A stretch of 64,000 nucleotides of DNA from Salpingoeca rosetta (taxonomy: Eukaryota > Protista > Choanoflagellata): positions 717,497-781,496 of the forward strand of contig JAWQFM010000031.1 in assembly GCA_033442325.1 (NCBI GenBank). The letters are read 5' to 3'. Below the pieces are notes generated by a model. That model searched no databases. It saw only the letters and a program-made list of their open reading frames with translations, and was not told where the DNA came from. How positions within the stretch are numbered: position 1 is the stretch's first letter; every line of letters starts with the position of its first letter. Below, piece by piece: positions 25,094-38,077 of the stretch. A program made the position numbers and the translations under genes.

Positions 25094-28000
25094 CTAACAG
25101 TCTGAGGAGACGATACTGGAAGTGCTGTGGTCGTGGTGGTGGTCGTCATCCCCATCCGTTGGGTCGATGCTCAGGTCAGCTTCCACGAGCGACGTTGGCG
25201 TGCTCAGGCCACTGCGCAGGTAGTCTGGCGGCGGGCTGATGGGGCTCGCGGTTGCGCTGCGCGACGTGTTGAGCGCCAACTGCACGTCGTCCTGGGCAAT
25301 GCGGTTTGTGTGCCGGCGGCTGCGTCGGGCGCGCTGGCGGGACGGCGACGGCGGCGTGTTGGGCGGCGTCTGCTGTGCATAGCGCGCCACGATGCCCATG
25401 TCATCTGGACAGTCATCGCCCATGTGCACGGAGATGTCGGGGGACACGGCCCGCCCGTTGTCAAACGAGACCACGCGGGCTGCGGAGTGGCGGTTGCTGA
25501 GCCGTGGCAGCCGCAGCTTGAACGTGGACGAGGACTCACCAACGGTGTCGGCCAGGGACTTGGTGCTCTCCATTGGAGGCTCGTTGCGCATGTCCCACAT
25601 GGAGCTGACGGTGGACGAGTCGCCAGCACCAACGCCGGTTGTGCCCGTGCGCTTGTGCGTGCCTGACGATGAGTAGTCCTTGGCCTTTGCGTTGAGCATG
25701 GTGATCTGGCGGCGCTCGAGCTTCGTCTGGGACGACAGCACGTACGCCTCGCGCACATTGGTGTGGCGCACGACATAGTGCACGAAGATGAAGATGCCCT
25801 CGCCAAGCGTGAAGATGGTGAAGAGATACTGCAGGGCAATGTGGTCGTTGAACAGCGCGATGATGGCGAAGATCCAGGAGAACCCGAGGATCCACATGAA
25901 CGCCAGGCCGGCAATGACGGTTGTCTTGAGCTGCACACGCTGCTTGATGTTGGCCAGCACCCGCACGAGCACGACGGTGTTGATGAGGAGGGACCCGGCA
26001 AACGGGACGAGGAAGGCGTAGCGAAGATGGGAGGCCATGTCGATCCAGCAGTAGGATGAGGTGCTGTAGTCTTTGCGGTCCAGGAACACACACACGCCAA
26101 CAATGGCGGCGCACGCGGTGTACACGTACATGGCCAGCTTCCACGTGGCGGTGTTGTTGTTGTTGTTGAAGACGGAGACGAAGGTGCAGTGGATGTCATA
26201 GGCGATGCACAGCATCCACCCGCTGATGGCGAGGAGGCAGAAGTGCAGCAGCAGCGCCACCAGCAGGCAGACGGCTGAGTTGTCATGGAGGTCTGGCTGC
26301 AGCACAAACTGCAAGAGCAGCTGCATGAACAGCAGCGGCACGCACATGTGCACCACCAACTTGTGGTGCTGCTGCACGTACGGCTTCTTCCACAACGCCA
26401 TGTATGCGACGATGGTAAGCAGCAGGCACAGGCACGACAGGCCCGTGCCAATGTACGTGAGGAGCGTCAGTCCCTCCTGCTCGGCAGAGAGCGCGCCACC
26501 AGCGACGGCGCTGTCTGCGTTGGTGACGAGGATGGCAAAGCTCGTCATGTGCGTGCACGTGCACGTGACCTCGAGCGTGGGCATCTGACCGGCGGCCACG
26601 CGCACAAACGACGAGGCAGGCGATGACGATGATGATGACGAGGGGTGGGGAATGACGGCGACGTCGGAAGCAACGCAGCCCTCGCCCGCCCACGCATCGG
26701 TGGCTGGATCCCACCACCTGCAGGACGGCGCAAATGGCACATACATGGAGCTGGTCGTGTCATCCAGGCACACGGGGCCATGCACGGCAGGGTCGCACTT
26801 GCGGGTGAGGGTGGACTTGAGCTCCTTCACGCCCTCTTGGATCAGGGCCGCGTCCTCGCTGCTGGTGTCGATGGGAAGAAGGGCCACGCGGAGAACAAGC
26901 GTGGTGTTGTCAATGCTCGCGGGCGCAACGCCCACAATCTCCGCAGATTCTGCCAGAATGGCTGGCATCTCAAACCCGGGCGACATGTAGCGGCTGAGCA
27001 TGGCGGGAACAGCCGTGCTTGCGGGCAACGACGTCTCAAACGTCATGGAGAAGGAGAGGCCGTTAATGCCGCTGGTGTTAACCTTGGAGCCATCCGCTGC
27101 TGAGACGAGGCTGACGTCGATCACTGGGGAGGCCACGGCAGCCTGGTTGGCGGGCAGTGTCTGGCTGCTGCGCTCTGGATCAAAGTACAGCACAGACACG
27201 ACGGTGTCGTTGTTGTTGGCGGTGAACTCGGCAGGAAGCGGCACCTCAGCCTGCACACGGCGACCGCTGGGTTTTGTGGACGCGTACTCAAAGATGCGTG
27301 TTCGGCTGACAGGCGAAAGCACCACCTCCACGCCTGCGTCTGGCGTGGACGAGTTGAATGCGCCCGTGGCCCTGGTCACTGCCCCTGCAAGCCGGTGCAC
27401 CATGCCGAGCAGCGCGCCCGTGAATGCAAACGGGGACGCGGTGTCGACGGTGACGCCCGTGTCAGCGAGCTGGCTCTCAACCTGCGAGGCGTTGAGATCG
27501 AGCGATGCGGCGCCGGACGAAAACGCCAGCGTGTTGAAGCTATCAAACACGCGGTCAAGCGTCTCAGGTGTGACTGTGCGGTTGCTGTACGCGGCGGTGT
27601 TTGCAAGCACGGCGAGCGTGCGCACGCTCTGCAGGACAACGTCCTGTCGGGCTCTGATCTCTTCTGGTGTGAGGGGGGCGGTCGACGTTGTCGGTGTGGA
27701 TGAGTTGCCCAGGATTCGTGCGGTTGCGTCATTCAGGGCATCGGCGATGTCGTTGGAAACACTCTGAACATCAACGCTGTTGCCATTGTTGCCGTTGTTG
27801 CCATTGTTGCCGTTGTTACCGTTGTTGCCGTTGTTGCCATTGTTGCCATTGTTGCCGTTGTTGCCGTTGTTGTGCGCGTTGTCATTGGCGTTGTTGTTTG
27901 CGTGGCTCCCTGACTGCACCAGCCCGTCAGCGATGCTGTCCAGCGCGTCTGTCACATCCTTCAAGCACGCGCTCGCGTCGGGCTGCAGCCATGTCCCAAA

Positions 28001-28907
28001 CCGGCTCCGGATGCACACGTCTGCAGCGTGGTTGCATGTTTGCATGTTTGCATGTTTGTGTTTGCGCGTGTGTGAGCATGTGCATGAGCGAGTGTGTGGG
28101 CGCATGTGTGACCGCGTGTGTTGTGAGTGAACGTGAATGCAAATACGATACAAACACAAGACCACACGGCCTTGAACGTGCTTGTTCAAGAAAGGGAAAT
28201 GATTGCGACAAGCGAAAGAGATACGCCACAAGAACAGCAACCACAACATCACCACATGTGTGTGTGTGTGTGCGTGTGTGTGTACCTGAGCCAGCACGGC
28301 TGGTGCCGACGGAGGTGAGAGTGCAGCAGATGCGAAAGACGCGACGGGTTGAGCCTGCACTGCACGGCAGTGAGTACAGGCCGCCCTAAATCCGTGACGC
28401 ATGTCGGAATGGTGGTGGTGGTGGTGGTGGATTGGTGGTGGACATGCAATGGTGAATCGTATGAAATAAAGGGAGGGCAGGTGCTCGCGTGTGTGCGCAG
28501 TGATGATTTGCGTAGTGTGCCATGACAGAGATTGGCACGAACATAGGTGTGGTGTTGGTTGGCTTACCGTGGGAGCATGTGGCCAGTTGTCCGTTCCCGT
28601 ATGGTCAGCAGCGCAAGACCTGCACAGCCGCAAGCATGCGTGTATGCGTGTGTATGTGAGTGTGTGTGTGTGTGTGTTTGGGACAAGTGGATGGGTGTCA
28701 GGAGATGTGAAAAACGCAGGCAAACACATGGACAAACAATCAATCGACAAGAGAGCATACACGCAAGAAACAAGCCGGGGGCTGGTGTGTCAGAGACCCA
28801 AGGAGTGCTGGTGCACACGTACGTGGTGGACGATGTGGGAATGAATGTGGTGGTGGGGGCGGTACTTGACGAAGTCGTGGTGGTTGCTGTTGTTGTTGAA
28901 GTTGTTT

Positions 28908-28945
<38 letters not shown>

Positions 28946-29399
28946 GAAGTTGTTGTTGTTGTTGTTGAAGTTGTTGTTGTTGTTGTAGAAGTTGTTGTTG
29001 TTGTTGTTGAAGTTGTTGTTGTTGTTGTAGAAGTTGTTGTTGTTGTTGTTGTAGAAGTTGTTGTTGTCGTTGAGCAGGGTGGGGCGGTAGCAATCATTCC
29101 CTCCCTCACATTGCGTTAGTTTTTTATGTATATCCCATCCTACCGTACTTCGGAGCCCTAGTCCAGGACTCAAGCGCGTCCATTCCCGTAGCTTGTGCTT
29201 ACAATCGCTGGAGCATTCCGCATCTCACGACTCCTAGGCGATGGCGGATTGCTCGTGGACGCATGTACCCTCCCAGAGGTCAACCGATCAATGATAATCC
29301 AATCGTTGCCCGCGTGATGCAGCGTAGTTAATATCGGAATGGGTACGACAGCGTTCTCAGCCCGAGATTCGCTAATGGTTGCACGTGTGTGTGTTGTTG

Positions 29400-29440
<41 letters not shown>

Positions 29441-29450
29441 GTTGTTGTGG

Positions 29451-29487
<37 letters not shown>

Positions 29488-31499
29488 AGTTGTTGTTGTT
29501 GTAGTTGTTGTTGTTGTTGTTGTTGTCGTAAGCACAACACCATCTGCAAGGCGGAACATCACAACCATGAGGCAATCAGAAAGCAAACACAACCACCGCA
29601 CTCAACTGGCACCAGCGCATCCACTGGTCACATCATCAGCAGCACCGTTTCCATCGTGTCACATGCATGACGCAGCACTCACTCTGGAAGTCGACGGCAC
29701 AGGAGAACCCGACACAGCCGCGGATGGGGAGGCGATGCATGAGCTGGCGCGGGGTGAGCTGGCCGGAGAGCACGGCCACGTTGTCAATGCCGAGGCCGTC
29801 GCAGACTGTGTAGCCCGACCCAAGCTTGAACTGGTAGCGCACAAAGACGTGCGGGGTCGAGTGGTGGTAGTGGCGGTGGTGGTGTGTGCATGTGAGAAAT
29901 GGAGGTCATACACGTGTGGGGAAATGTCATTGCAACGCACTGACACCAAACGCTGTCAAACAACACCAGCGCGGCAGGCTCAATCACACTGGTAGAGGTT
30001 CAGCACAAGCGCACCTCTGTGCCGGTGGCCAACGAGCCGACATTGACCGCTGCTGGCGAGGAGGCGATCAGGATGCCGTTGCAGTAGATGTACATGCCCG
30101 AGGCGCCAAACGACACTTGGAAGTGGTTCCACTTGTTCGTGCTGATGGTCGAGAAGATACCATCCCTGCATACAACAATACCGAGGATGTGGTGATGGTG
30201 GTGGTGGTGTTAGTGGTGGTGGTGGTGGTGGTGGTGGTGATGGTGATGGTGGTGGTGGTGTTAGTGGTGGTGGTGATGGCGGGAGCATGCTGGTTAGGGG
30301 GAAGGGAGGGAATAGCAGCAGCGTGTGTGGTCTGGAATACATCAAGCACCAAGCCAATGTTCGTTCACATCAAACAACGGCCAAGATCCCAGGATGATTG
30401 CTTGCAAGCATTGCGAGGACGTACCATGAAGACGGAGCAGAGAGATCGCCAATGGTGGCACCCGTGGCATCGGAAATGTACAGGTGGGGGATGTTGTTGC
30501 TGGCCACCTCAAACTTGACAATCTGATTGCCGTTGCGGAAGCGAAAAAGGCGCGTGGTGTAGAGGAAGTATAGGATGTTGGAGGGGAACTTGACCCACAT
30601 CGACACCGTCATATCTGATGGCAGCGCAATCCTGACACGCGCGAACACGCACACACGATCAACACGCACGCAAACACGAGCAATGGAAGCGGGAAAAGCG
30701 GGCGGCGTTGAAGTGAGACGATGGGATGAGATGAGACGAGTACTCAACGTGTATTAATGTGTTTGTGTGCGGCTGGGGACACTTTTCACCTCTGCATGTG
30801 TGCACACATGCATGTTATCGTCTTCGCAACTCACTGCGTGGCGAGGTCCGGCAGGCAGTCCGTATCGATGGTGAGGTAGTTGTCGCCGTTGCGGTCGTCA
30901 TAGAAGAGCCAGCACGACGTTGATCGCGTCATTGCCCCAAGACCGCTCATGCTGATGTCAAATCAGTGGCAGTGGTGACAGATGCCGTGTCACGTGAGCA
31001 CGTGGGAGGTGTCACGTAGTGCAGGTGTGTGTGTGTGAACGTGGTGGCAAAGGAGGTAATTATCCCAGAAGAAGTGGGCATGACATGGAAGGGCAAGTGC
31101 ACATGCCCATCAGCGTACTCGTTGTTGTCGAAGGTAAAGAGCTCAAAGACATCCGGCTCAGCAGCACACGTGAGTGTCTCTGTGGTAGTGGGTAAGGGAT
31201 TGCAGTTGCACAACATGAGCATGCGCCACTCGCAACAAATCGCACACACACATACACACACACACAAGCACACTCACGCACATAAACACACTCGCACGTG
31301 TGCGTGCACGAATATCATTGGCCACGGCATGGGCACGCACCGAAGCCAAAGTCGTAGGTCGCGTACTCATCCTGGGCGCACTCCCCATACGTGAGGGTGA
31401 TGTCGAGCTTTGCACCAGAGGGCGGCAGCTCGGAGGCGAGAAATACATCCGCCTCAATCACCAGCGCAGGCGGGCCAGTGTCTACAGATGGTGGATTGT

Positions 31500-31568
<69 letters not shown>

Positions 31569-31933
31569 NNNNNNNNNNNNNNNNNNNNNNNNNNNNNNNN
31601 NNNNNNNNNNNNNNNNNNNNNNNNNNNNNNNNNNNNNNNNNNNNNNNNNNNNNNNNNNNNNNNNNNNNNNNNNNNNNNNNNNNNNNNNNNNNNNNNNNNN
31701 NNNNNNNNNNNNNNNNNNNNNNNNNNNNNNNNNNNNNNNNNNNNNNNNNNNNNNNNNNNNNNNNNNNNNNNNNNNNNNNNNNNNNNNNNNNNNNNNNNNN
31801 NNNNNNNNNNNNNNNNNNNNNNNNNNNNNNNNNNNNNNNNNNNNNNNNNNNNNNNNNNNNNNNNNNNNNNNNNNNNNNNNNNNNNNNNNNNNNNNNNNNN
31901 NNNNNNNNNNNNNNNNNNNNNNNNNNNNNNNNN

Positions 31934-31986
<53 letters not shown>

Positions 31987-32411
31987 TACCAGCTTGGATG
32001 GCGTGATTGTGGGAAGGAGAGAGGTTGCCCTGGTAGCGCACCCATCGAGGATGCGACACGGAGCTACAGTCCGTTGGCTAGATGTTGGTGTTGGTGAGTG
32101 GGGGGGGGGTATGTGAACACAAGGGTATCATATCAGTTGAAATCGGTGGGTGTGGGCGTGGGCGCACATATTTGGCGGCCGTGGTGGGAAGGTACACAAC
32201 AAACAACAATAAACAACAACAACAACAACAAACACAACAGGCCACATCACACAGCATCACAAGAACAACACACATCCCAACAGCAAAGCCATACCGTGGT
32301 GGAGCCGTAGGCTTGGCACTTGACTTGGATCATGGAGTCGTCATAAGTGCTTGCGGCAGTGACGGCTGTGGTTGCCGCCAATGCGAGCAGCACCAGTGCT
32401 ACCCGCGCCAT
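25094..32411 (-). CDS. Adhesion-class GPCR: signal peptide, LamG/pentraxin-like region, Thr-rich stalk, GAIN/GPS, 7TM, Ser/Pro-rich tail
   Basis: Leader MARVALVLLALAATTAVTA; GIDNVAVLSGQLTPRQL (LamG-like); CRWWD..W..EGC..CTCTHMTSFAILV GPS; 7 hydrophobic helices with LLHFCLLA..WML, YCWI, LGFSWIF, GIFIFVHY. Confidence 0.9.
29096..29379. ncRNA. ~284-bp high-complexity, multi-stem insert in the aGPCR stalk region; candidate structured RNA or non-autonomous element
   Basis: Flanked by (GTT)n/(GT)n tracts, atypical TA/CTAG-rich composition; nested stems including 13 bp (29211-29224 / 29240-29254); removing it restores a tgcag| acceptor on the minus strand. Confidence 0.5.
31569..31933. other. Assembly gap (~365 N) in an aGPCR intron
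   Basis: Run of N between TG and CA tracts. Confidence 0.95.
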
Positions 32412-33638
32412 GATTGTGGTGGCGGTGGTGCGTCTGACTCGCTCGCTCAGTCGGTCGATGTGGCCGCGTGAGCGGTGGTGCTGGTGTGGGAAGTGGGAGA
32501 AGTCTCGATCAAGTCAGAAGGATGATGTGCCACGAGCTGGGCAGATCACAGCAGCAAGGAAAGGCGAGATGGGCAAGCAACGCTGCGACTCGACGCGTTG
32601 GCGATGGTGGATGGTATCGCGCGCCAAGATGGTACGCGGTGGTGATGGAAGGAGGAGGAGAGGTGGAAGCGCGCGTGTTTAGGTTCGATAGAGACGATGA
32701 TGGCTCGCTCGAGACGGTGTGTTGGCTCGCGTGAGTGTGGGTGAATGGAAGAGCTCTGCGGCTCTGCGCGTGCGACAGAAGCAGAGACGGAAGGAGGAAG
32801 CAAAGCAAAGATGGGATGGACGGGCAAGGATGGGATGGAAGGTGAGAGAATGCAAGACAGACAGACGCAAGGCCTGGCGGTGGCATCAAGGCAGCAGCCC
32901 CAACACAGCAAGCAGAAGCAACACAAGGCTCGAGTTTTGCTTGGCTCAAATCAACACACACCAATATGTATCAACCAACCAACCTGCCTGGTATGTTGGG
33001 TGGTGTGTAAACAAGTTCTCGGTATGTTGGGGTGGTGGCGACGATGTGAATGCGATAATTGGTGGCAAAGCCAACCCAAGGCCTCCGCATCTGGGTGTGT
33101 TTTGGTTGTTGTGGATTCCAGTGATGTTTGCGTTCCGCGGCTCGTCAGGGTTCACCACACGTTGCACAACAAACGCAACCTCATACGAACTTGCTGTAGG
33201 CTGCGTGCACAGTGGTTGGCAAATCGATTCAGGAAGACGTGCGGGGCAGCCGGTCGAAGCTGACGGGAGGGACGCATTTTCACAACTTGGTGGTGATGGT
33301 TGGGAGCGGCTGCGTATCGTTTGTGTTATTGCGTGTTGTTGAGTGACGTGATGATGTGAACGCAAATTAACACGCCCAACCCGATACAACCAGGGATGCC
33401 TTGATGTTTGTTGTCAGCGCAGACGAGGCGTCGGTGCGGAGGACTGTCGCGTTGGCGACACGCTGCTGGATTGTGCTCGTGTGCGTGTGCGTCGAGGTGG
33501 TGATGCCATTCGTGGCGATGTGGGTGGTTCGGGTGGTTTGTGCCTGTTTGGTTGTTCTTCTCGTTTGTCAGTTTTTGGGTAGAAATTTAATCGAACATAC
33601 ACATAATCTTCTACAAGTGCGAAAAGCGGACAACGGTG

Positions 33639-33687
<49 letters not shown>

Positions 33688-33703
33688 GGTGTGTGTTGGT
33701 GTT

Positions 33704-33737
<34 letters not shown>

Positions 33738-34039
33738 TGTGTGTGTGTGTGTGTGTAGGTGTGTGTGTGTGTGTTTTCTGTAACCTGTACCTTTGCGCCC
33801 ACTCGCTTAACACTCTGTGTCCGAGACTACAAAGTCAAGTCTGCCCAAGAAAGCAGAGACAAGCAGGAGTGAGTGAATGTGCGGATGCAAGGGAGGGCAG
33901 CACTTGCTTGTTTGTAGACAGCACACACGAAGCACATCGCGAAGCACATCGCGAAGCACATCGCGATGTACATCGCGAAGCACACGAAATCAGCACGAAC
34001 GAACACACGAACAAACGCGCCTCATGCAGGCGCTTTCGT

Positions 34040-34323
34040 ACCCGTAGCCGACGAGAAAGGCTGCTGTCGCAGCGACGCTGCCGTTGGCAAGCATGGTGAG
34101 CCCGCTCACGTACCACCGCTGGCCGATGTAGCGGCTCTTGACAGCACCCAGCGTGAACAGCGCCAATGCCGTCAACGCACACGCAATCCCAAACAGCACG
34201 CTGTTCTTGTGCCCTCCAAAACTGATGCTGCTCAGCACCAGATACGCTGCACATGGGTGTGGGGGGGGGGAGGGGGGAGGGAGGGTTGTTTGAGGGGCGA
34301 TGTGTGTGTGTGTCTGTGTGCGC

Positions 34324-34383
<60 letters not shown>

Positions 34384-34539
34384 GTGTGTGTGTGTGTGTG
34401 CGTGTGTGTGTGTGTGTGTGCTGTGTGTAACACCACGCCTCAAAGGCGGAGCAAACCCATCAATCAATCACGCGAGAGCAAGAAAGCACCAAACACACAC
34501 ACATACACACGCACACATGAACACAAGTACACACGCACC

Positions 34540-34611
<72 letters not shown>

Positions 34612-36606
34612 CACATCACAATCTCGTACAGAGGAGGGGGATGAGACCAAAAACGACGAATGCTGTGAACATGACCAGGCCCTTGCGTGCGGGTGAGACG
34701 CTCGTGTCTGGCGGCATGAGCCCCAACTCCTCCACCATCATGTGGTCGATGAAGAAGTCTGGGTGCTGCACCATGACGCTGATGGCCTGCATGGCGTCCT
34801 GTGTGGAAAACCCGCGCTTGCGATACAGCTCCAGCATCTCTCTCACTTCCCCAGACGGGTTGTTGTCAAACTCCCACTCCTCTCTGTTGCGCTCCGACAC
34901 GGCATACTGCAGCTCAGACTGTGCGCTCAGATATTCGCCCACACCCATGGATAGCCCGTCTCCGATCAGGTTCGCAAAGCCCTGCGGGGAGGACGCAATT
35001 GGCGTTTGGCAGTTGGGGTGAGAACGTGAGAGAAGCAAGGGAGGGGGTGTTGAAGAGGGAGGGCGGTTAAGAAATGGGTGGGAGAGTGGATACACACACA
35101 CACACGCACACATAGTGCGAACACACACAGTGCGAACACACATACACGTAAACACATACACATACACACATACGCACGTACGCACACAAATATACGCACA
35201 CACGCACGCACACATACACACACACATACGCACACACACACAAACACACACATACGCACACACACGTACACGCTCACACACACACAGACACACATACCCA
35301 CACATACACACACACACACATACACACACGCACACAATAAACCCACCCACACACGCGCACCATGATGATGACGACGCCGATGGAGAGGTTTGCGCCGGTA
35401 ACGGAGGCGACGGTGGCAAAGGTGGTGATGATGCCGTCCAGCCCGCCAAACACGGCCGCCTTGATGTATTGCCCCTCATCCGCTTTGTGAAGCTCTGGGT
35501 TGGTGTCGAGCTCATGTGCGAGGCGAGACAGCTCAGGATCGTGCTTGCGGTACGCACGTCGAGCCATGCGCCATCGCTCCCGACACAGCGACATGTCCAG
35601 CCCAGTGCCACCATCTGTGCTCGCGTCGCACTTGCTGCACCGTGCATGCCGGCGACTGGCTGTCTTCGCCGCTGCCGCTGCCTCTGTTGCTGTTGTTGCG
35701 GTTGCCGGGGTTTCCGCCGTGGTTGTGGCGGTGGTTGTGGTTGTGGTTGTGGGGGATGTCGTGGCATAAGGCGAGGCATTGAGATTGTCTGACGCCGTGT
35801 CTTCATCGCTATCACTGTGGCTGTGCTTCCGCGATATCCACAGCGTCACGAACTAGATGCACGTCGCACGAGGGGTGGAGCGTGTGCGGCAAGGCGTGCG
35901 AAAGTCGTGAAATTGCAGTTCACACTTGCACGTGCACGTTTGCAGAAAGAAAAATGCAAAGAGCACACGTGCACGCATGCCGACAACGGCTTGTGTGCAT
36001 GCACATGCTTTCACACATCCAGAACGCCGCGCAAAATACACAAACGCAGTCACAAACGCAGTCACAAACGCAGTCAAACACGCAGTCAAACACACAAACA
36101 CACACACACACACACTAACACACGCACACACACAACCACACAATCACACACACAGACACACAAACACACACAAACACACAATCACACAAACACACAATCA
36201 CACACACACACACAACCACACAATCACACAAACACACAATCACACACACACACACACACAAACACACACAAACACACACACGCAGTCATACAAACACACA
36301 CACAGTCACACAAGCACAGCCGAACCTGAGCGGAAATGGCGTCCCTGATGAGATCGACAGCCGTTGTGTGGTTGAGGTCAAGCAAGCACTTGCCATTCAC
36401 CGCCAGCAGCCTGTCGCCAACTTGGAGTCCCGCCGCCTTGGCCGCCCCATCCTCATGGACGTGCTGGATCACAAGGTCCGTGTTCCCTTCAAGAGCGAAG
36501 AGAAGATGGCACCGTGAATCACATCAATGTCAGCAAACAGCACGTTAGGCATGTTACCAACAGGGAAGCCCGGTGGGATCAGAAAAAAAACCCACCCGCA
36601 CACACA

Positions 36607-36643
<37 letters not shown>

Positions 36644-36876
36644 GCACGCACGCACACACGAACACACAACCACGCACAGCACGAACCTTGTGGAGTCGGG
36701 TTGTCTGTGCCTCCAGCAATGGTAAAGCCGACACCTCTTGTGCTGAGATCGAGGTGCAGCAGGTGCGTCGTCGTCATCGTCGTCGCTTGCTTCGCCTTGT
36801 TGCGGCTGGAACGGCTGCTTGGCTGCTTGGCACAGAACAAAAGAGCAGCAATGAAGCAACAACCAGTCCTTGACAT
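34040..36876 (-). CDS. VIT1/CCC1-family vacuolar Fe/Mn transporter with an N-terminal PDZ domain (3' end unresolved; may extend to ~33414-33790)
   Basis: PDZ: [13 protein letters not shown]|[36 protein letters not shown]..|FVTLWISR; VIT1: [56 protein letters not shown]. Confidence 0.85.
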
Positions 36877-37348
36877 CGTGGAAGGACCGCTTCGAGCTTC
36901 AATCAAGTTTAGCGACACCACAAAATGCAGCAGACCCTGACCCTGCAAGGCTTGTGTTTGTTGTTTGTCATAGTATCATGCCCGAGGCGTTGTTGTTTCT
37001 GGGCTTCTGGGCTTCTCGTGACCACAAAGACACCAGTCACTCACTGACTGCATTGTGCAACAAGCAAAGACTGCTGTTTACAGCGCAAGAAGTGAAGCAA
37101 GAGAAGGGAGCGGACACAAGGGGCAAGGACGGGAAGCAGCAGAACGGGAAAAACAAACAAAAACGCAAACACCGAAGGGAAGGCAAGCCCACACAAAGCA
37201 CACACAAAGCACACACACACACATACACACACACACACACATACACACATACACACACACACACACACATGCACACACCAGCACACAACACACAAGCACC
37301 AGTGGTCCTCGTCCTCCAAGTCAAGTCAAGTACAGTGCAGCGACACAG

Positions 37349-38033
37349 CTACACGTGGTGGGAGCGGCGGCGGGCCATGCGTGTGCGCACGGCGTAGGTG
37401 CTGACCTGCGCCATGCGGTCGCCGACGCTACTTGTGTTGGTTGTCTTGGCAAGCAGCTGCGAAGCAAGGTCCTGCACCTTCCCTTCCACGGGGAGCAAGG
37501 GCTCCGCAGTGGTGGTTGTCGGGTCGTGCGCACCGATCAGCAGGTACGTCTTCATCAGGCCCTTGCCCGCAATGTCGATGTGGCCCCGCGACACAAGCTC
37601 AAACGGGTGGTCGGACGGCAGCGCCTGTGTGAAGCGGTAGCTCGTCTGGATGCACCCGGGCAGGCCATTGCTCTCCATCAGGCTCGCCACGCTCACGGTG
37701 CTGCCGAAGAAGCAGTAGCGTGGACGGGCGCGGCCAACGACGCCGGCCATCAGCGGACCAGAGTGCAGCCCAACGCGGATGCGGATCGGCTCGCCATCCA
37801 GCGGTGATACAACCGACTTGGCCGTGTGGACCATCTCGATGGCCAGGCGGGCGATGCGCAGGGCGTGGTCCTCGCACTCCTCCGGGCAGCCGGCGGCCAC
37901 CATGTACGCGTCGCCAATCGTCTCCACCTTGTAGCAGCCGTGCTTGTCCGCCAGGTTGTCAAACTTGACAAACAGCTCATGCAGCATCTCCATCACCTGA
38001 CGGGTGTGCATGCATGTGTGTGTGCGTGTGTGA

Positions 38034-38077
<44 letters not shown>

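Noticed and set aside
28790-29173. Asn-rich or Gln-rich prion-like ORFs
   Set aside because: Alternative frames of the (ACA)n poly-Thr stalk of the aGPCR; the Thr frame with flanking Cys fits the protein better
29096-29379. Identification as telomerase RNA, SRP RNA, RNase P/MRP, U2/U3 or tRNA
   Set aside because: No template, SRP helix-8, P4, branch-pairing, box or cloverleaf motifs recognised
33925-33985. 12-bp tandem repeats (GAAGCACATCGC), and similar ones at ~9110-9160, ~36040-36090 and ~60513-60560
   Set aside because: Short intronic slippage minisatellites with no unique spacers; not CRISPR-like
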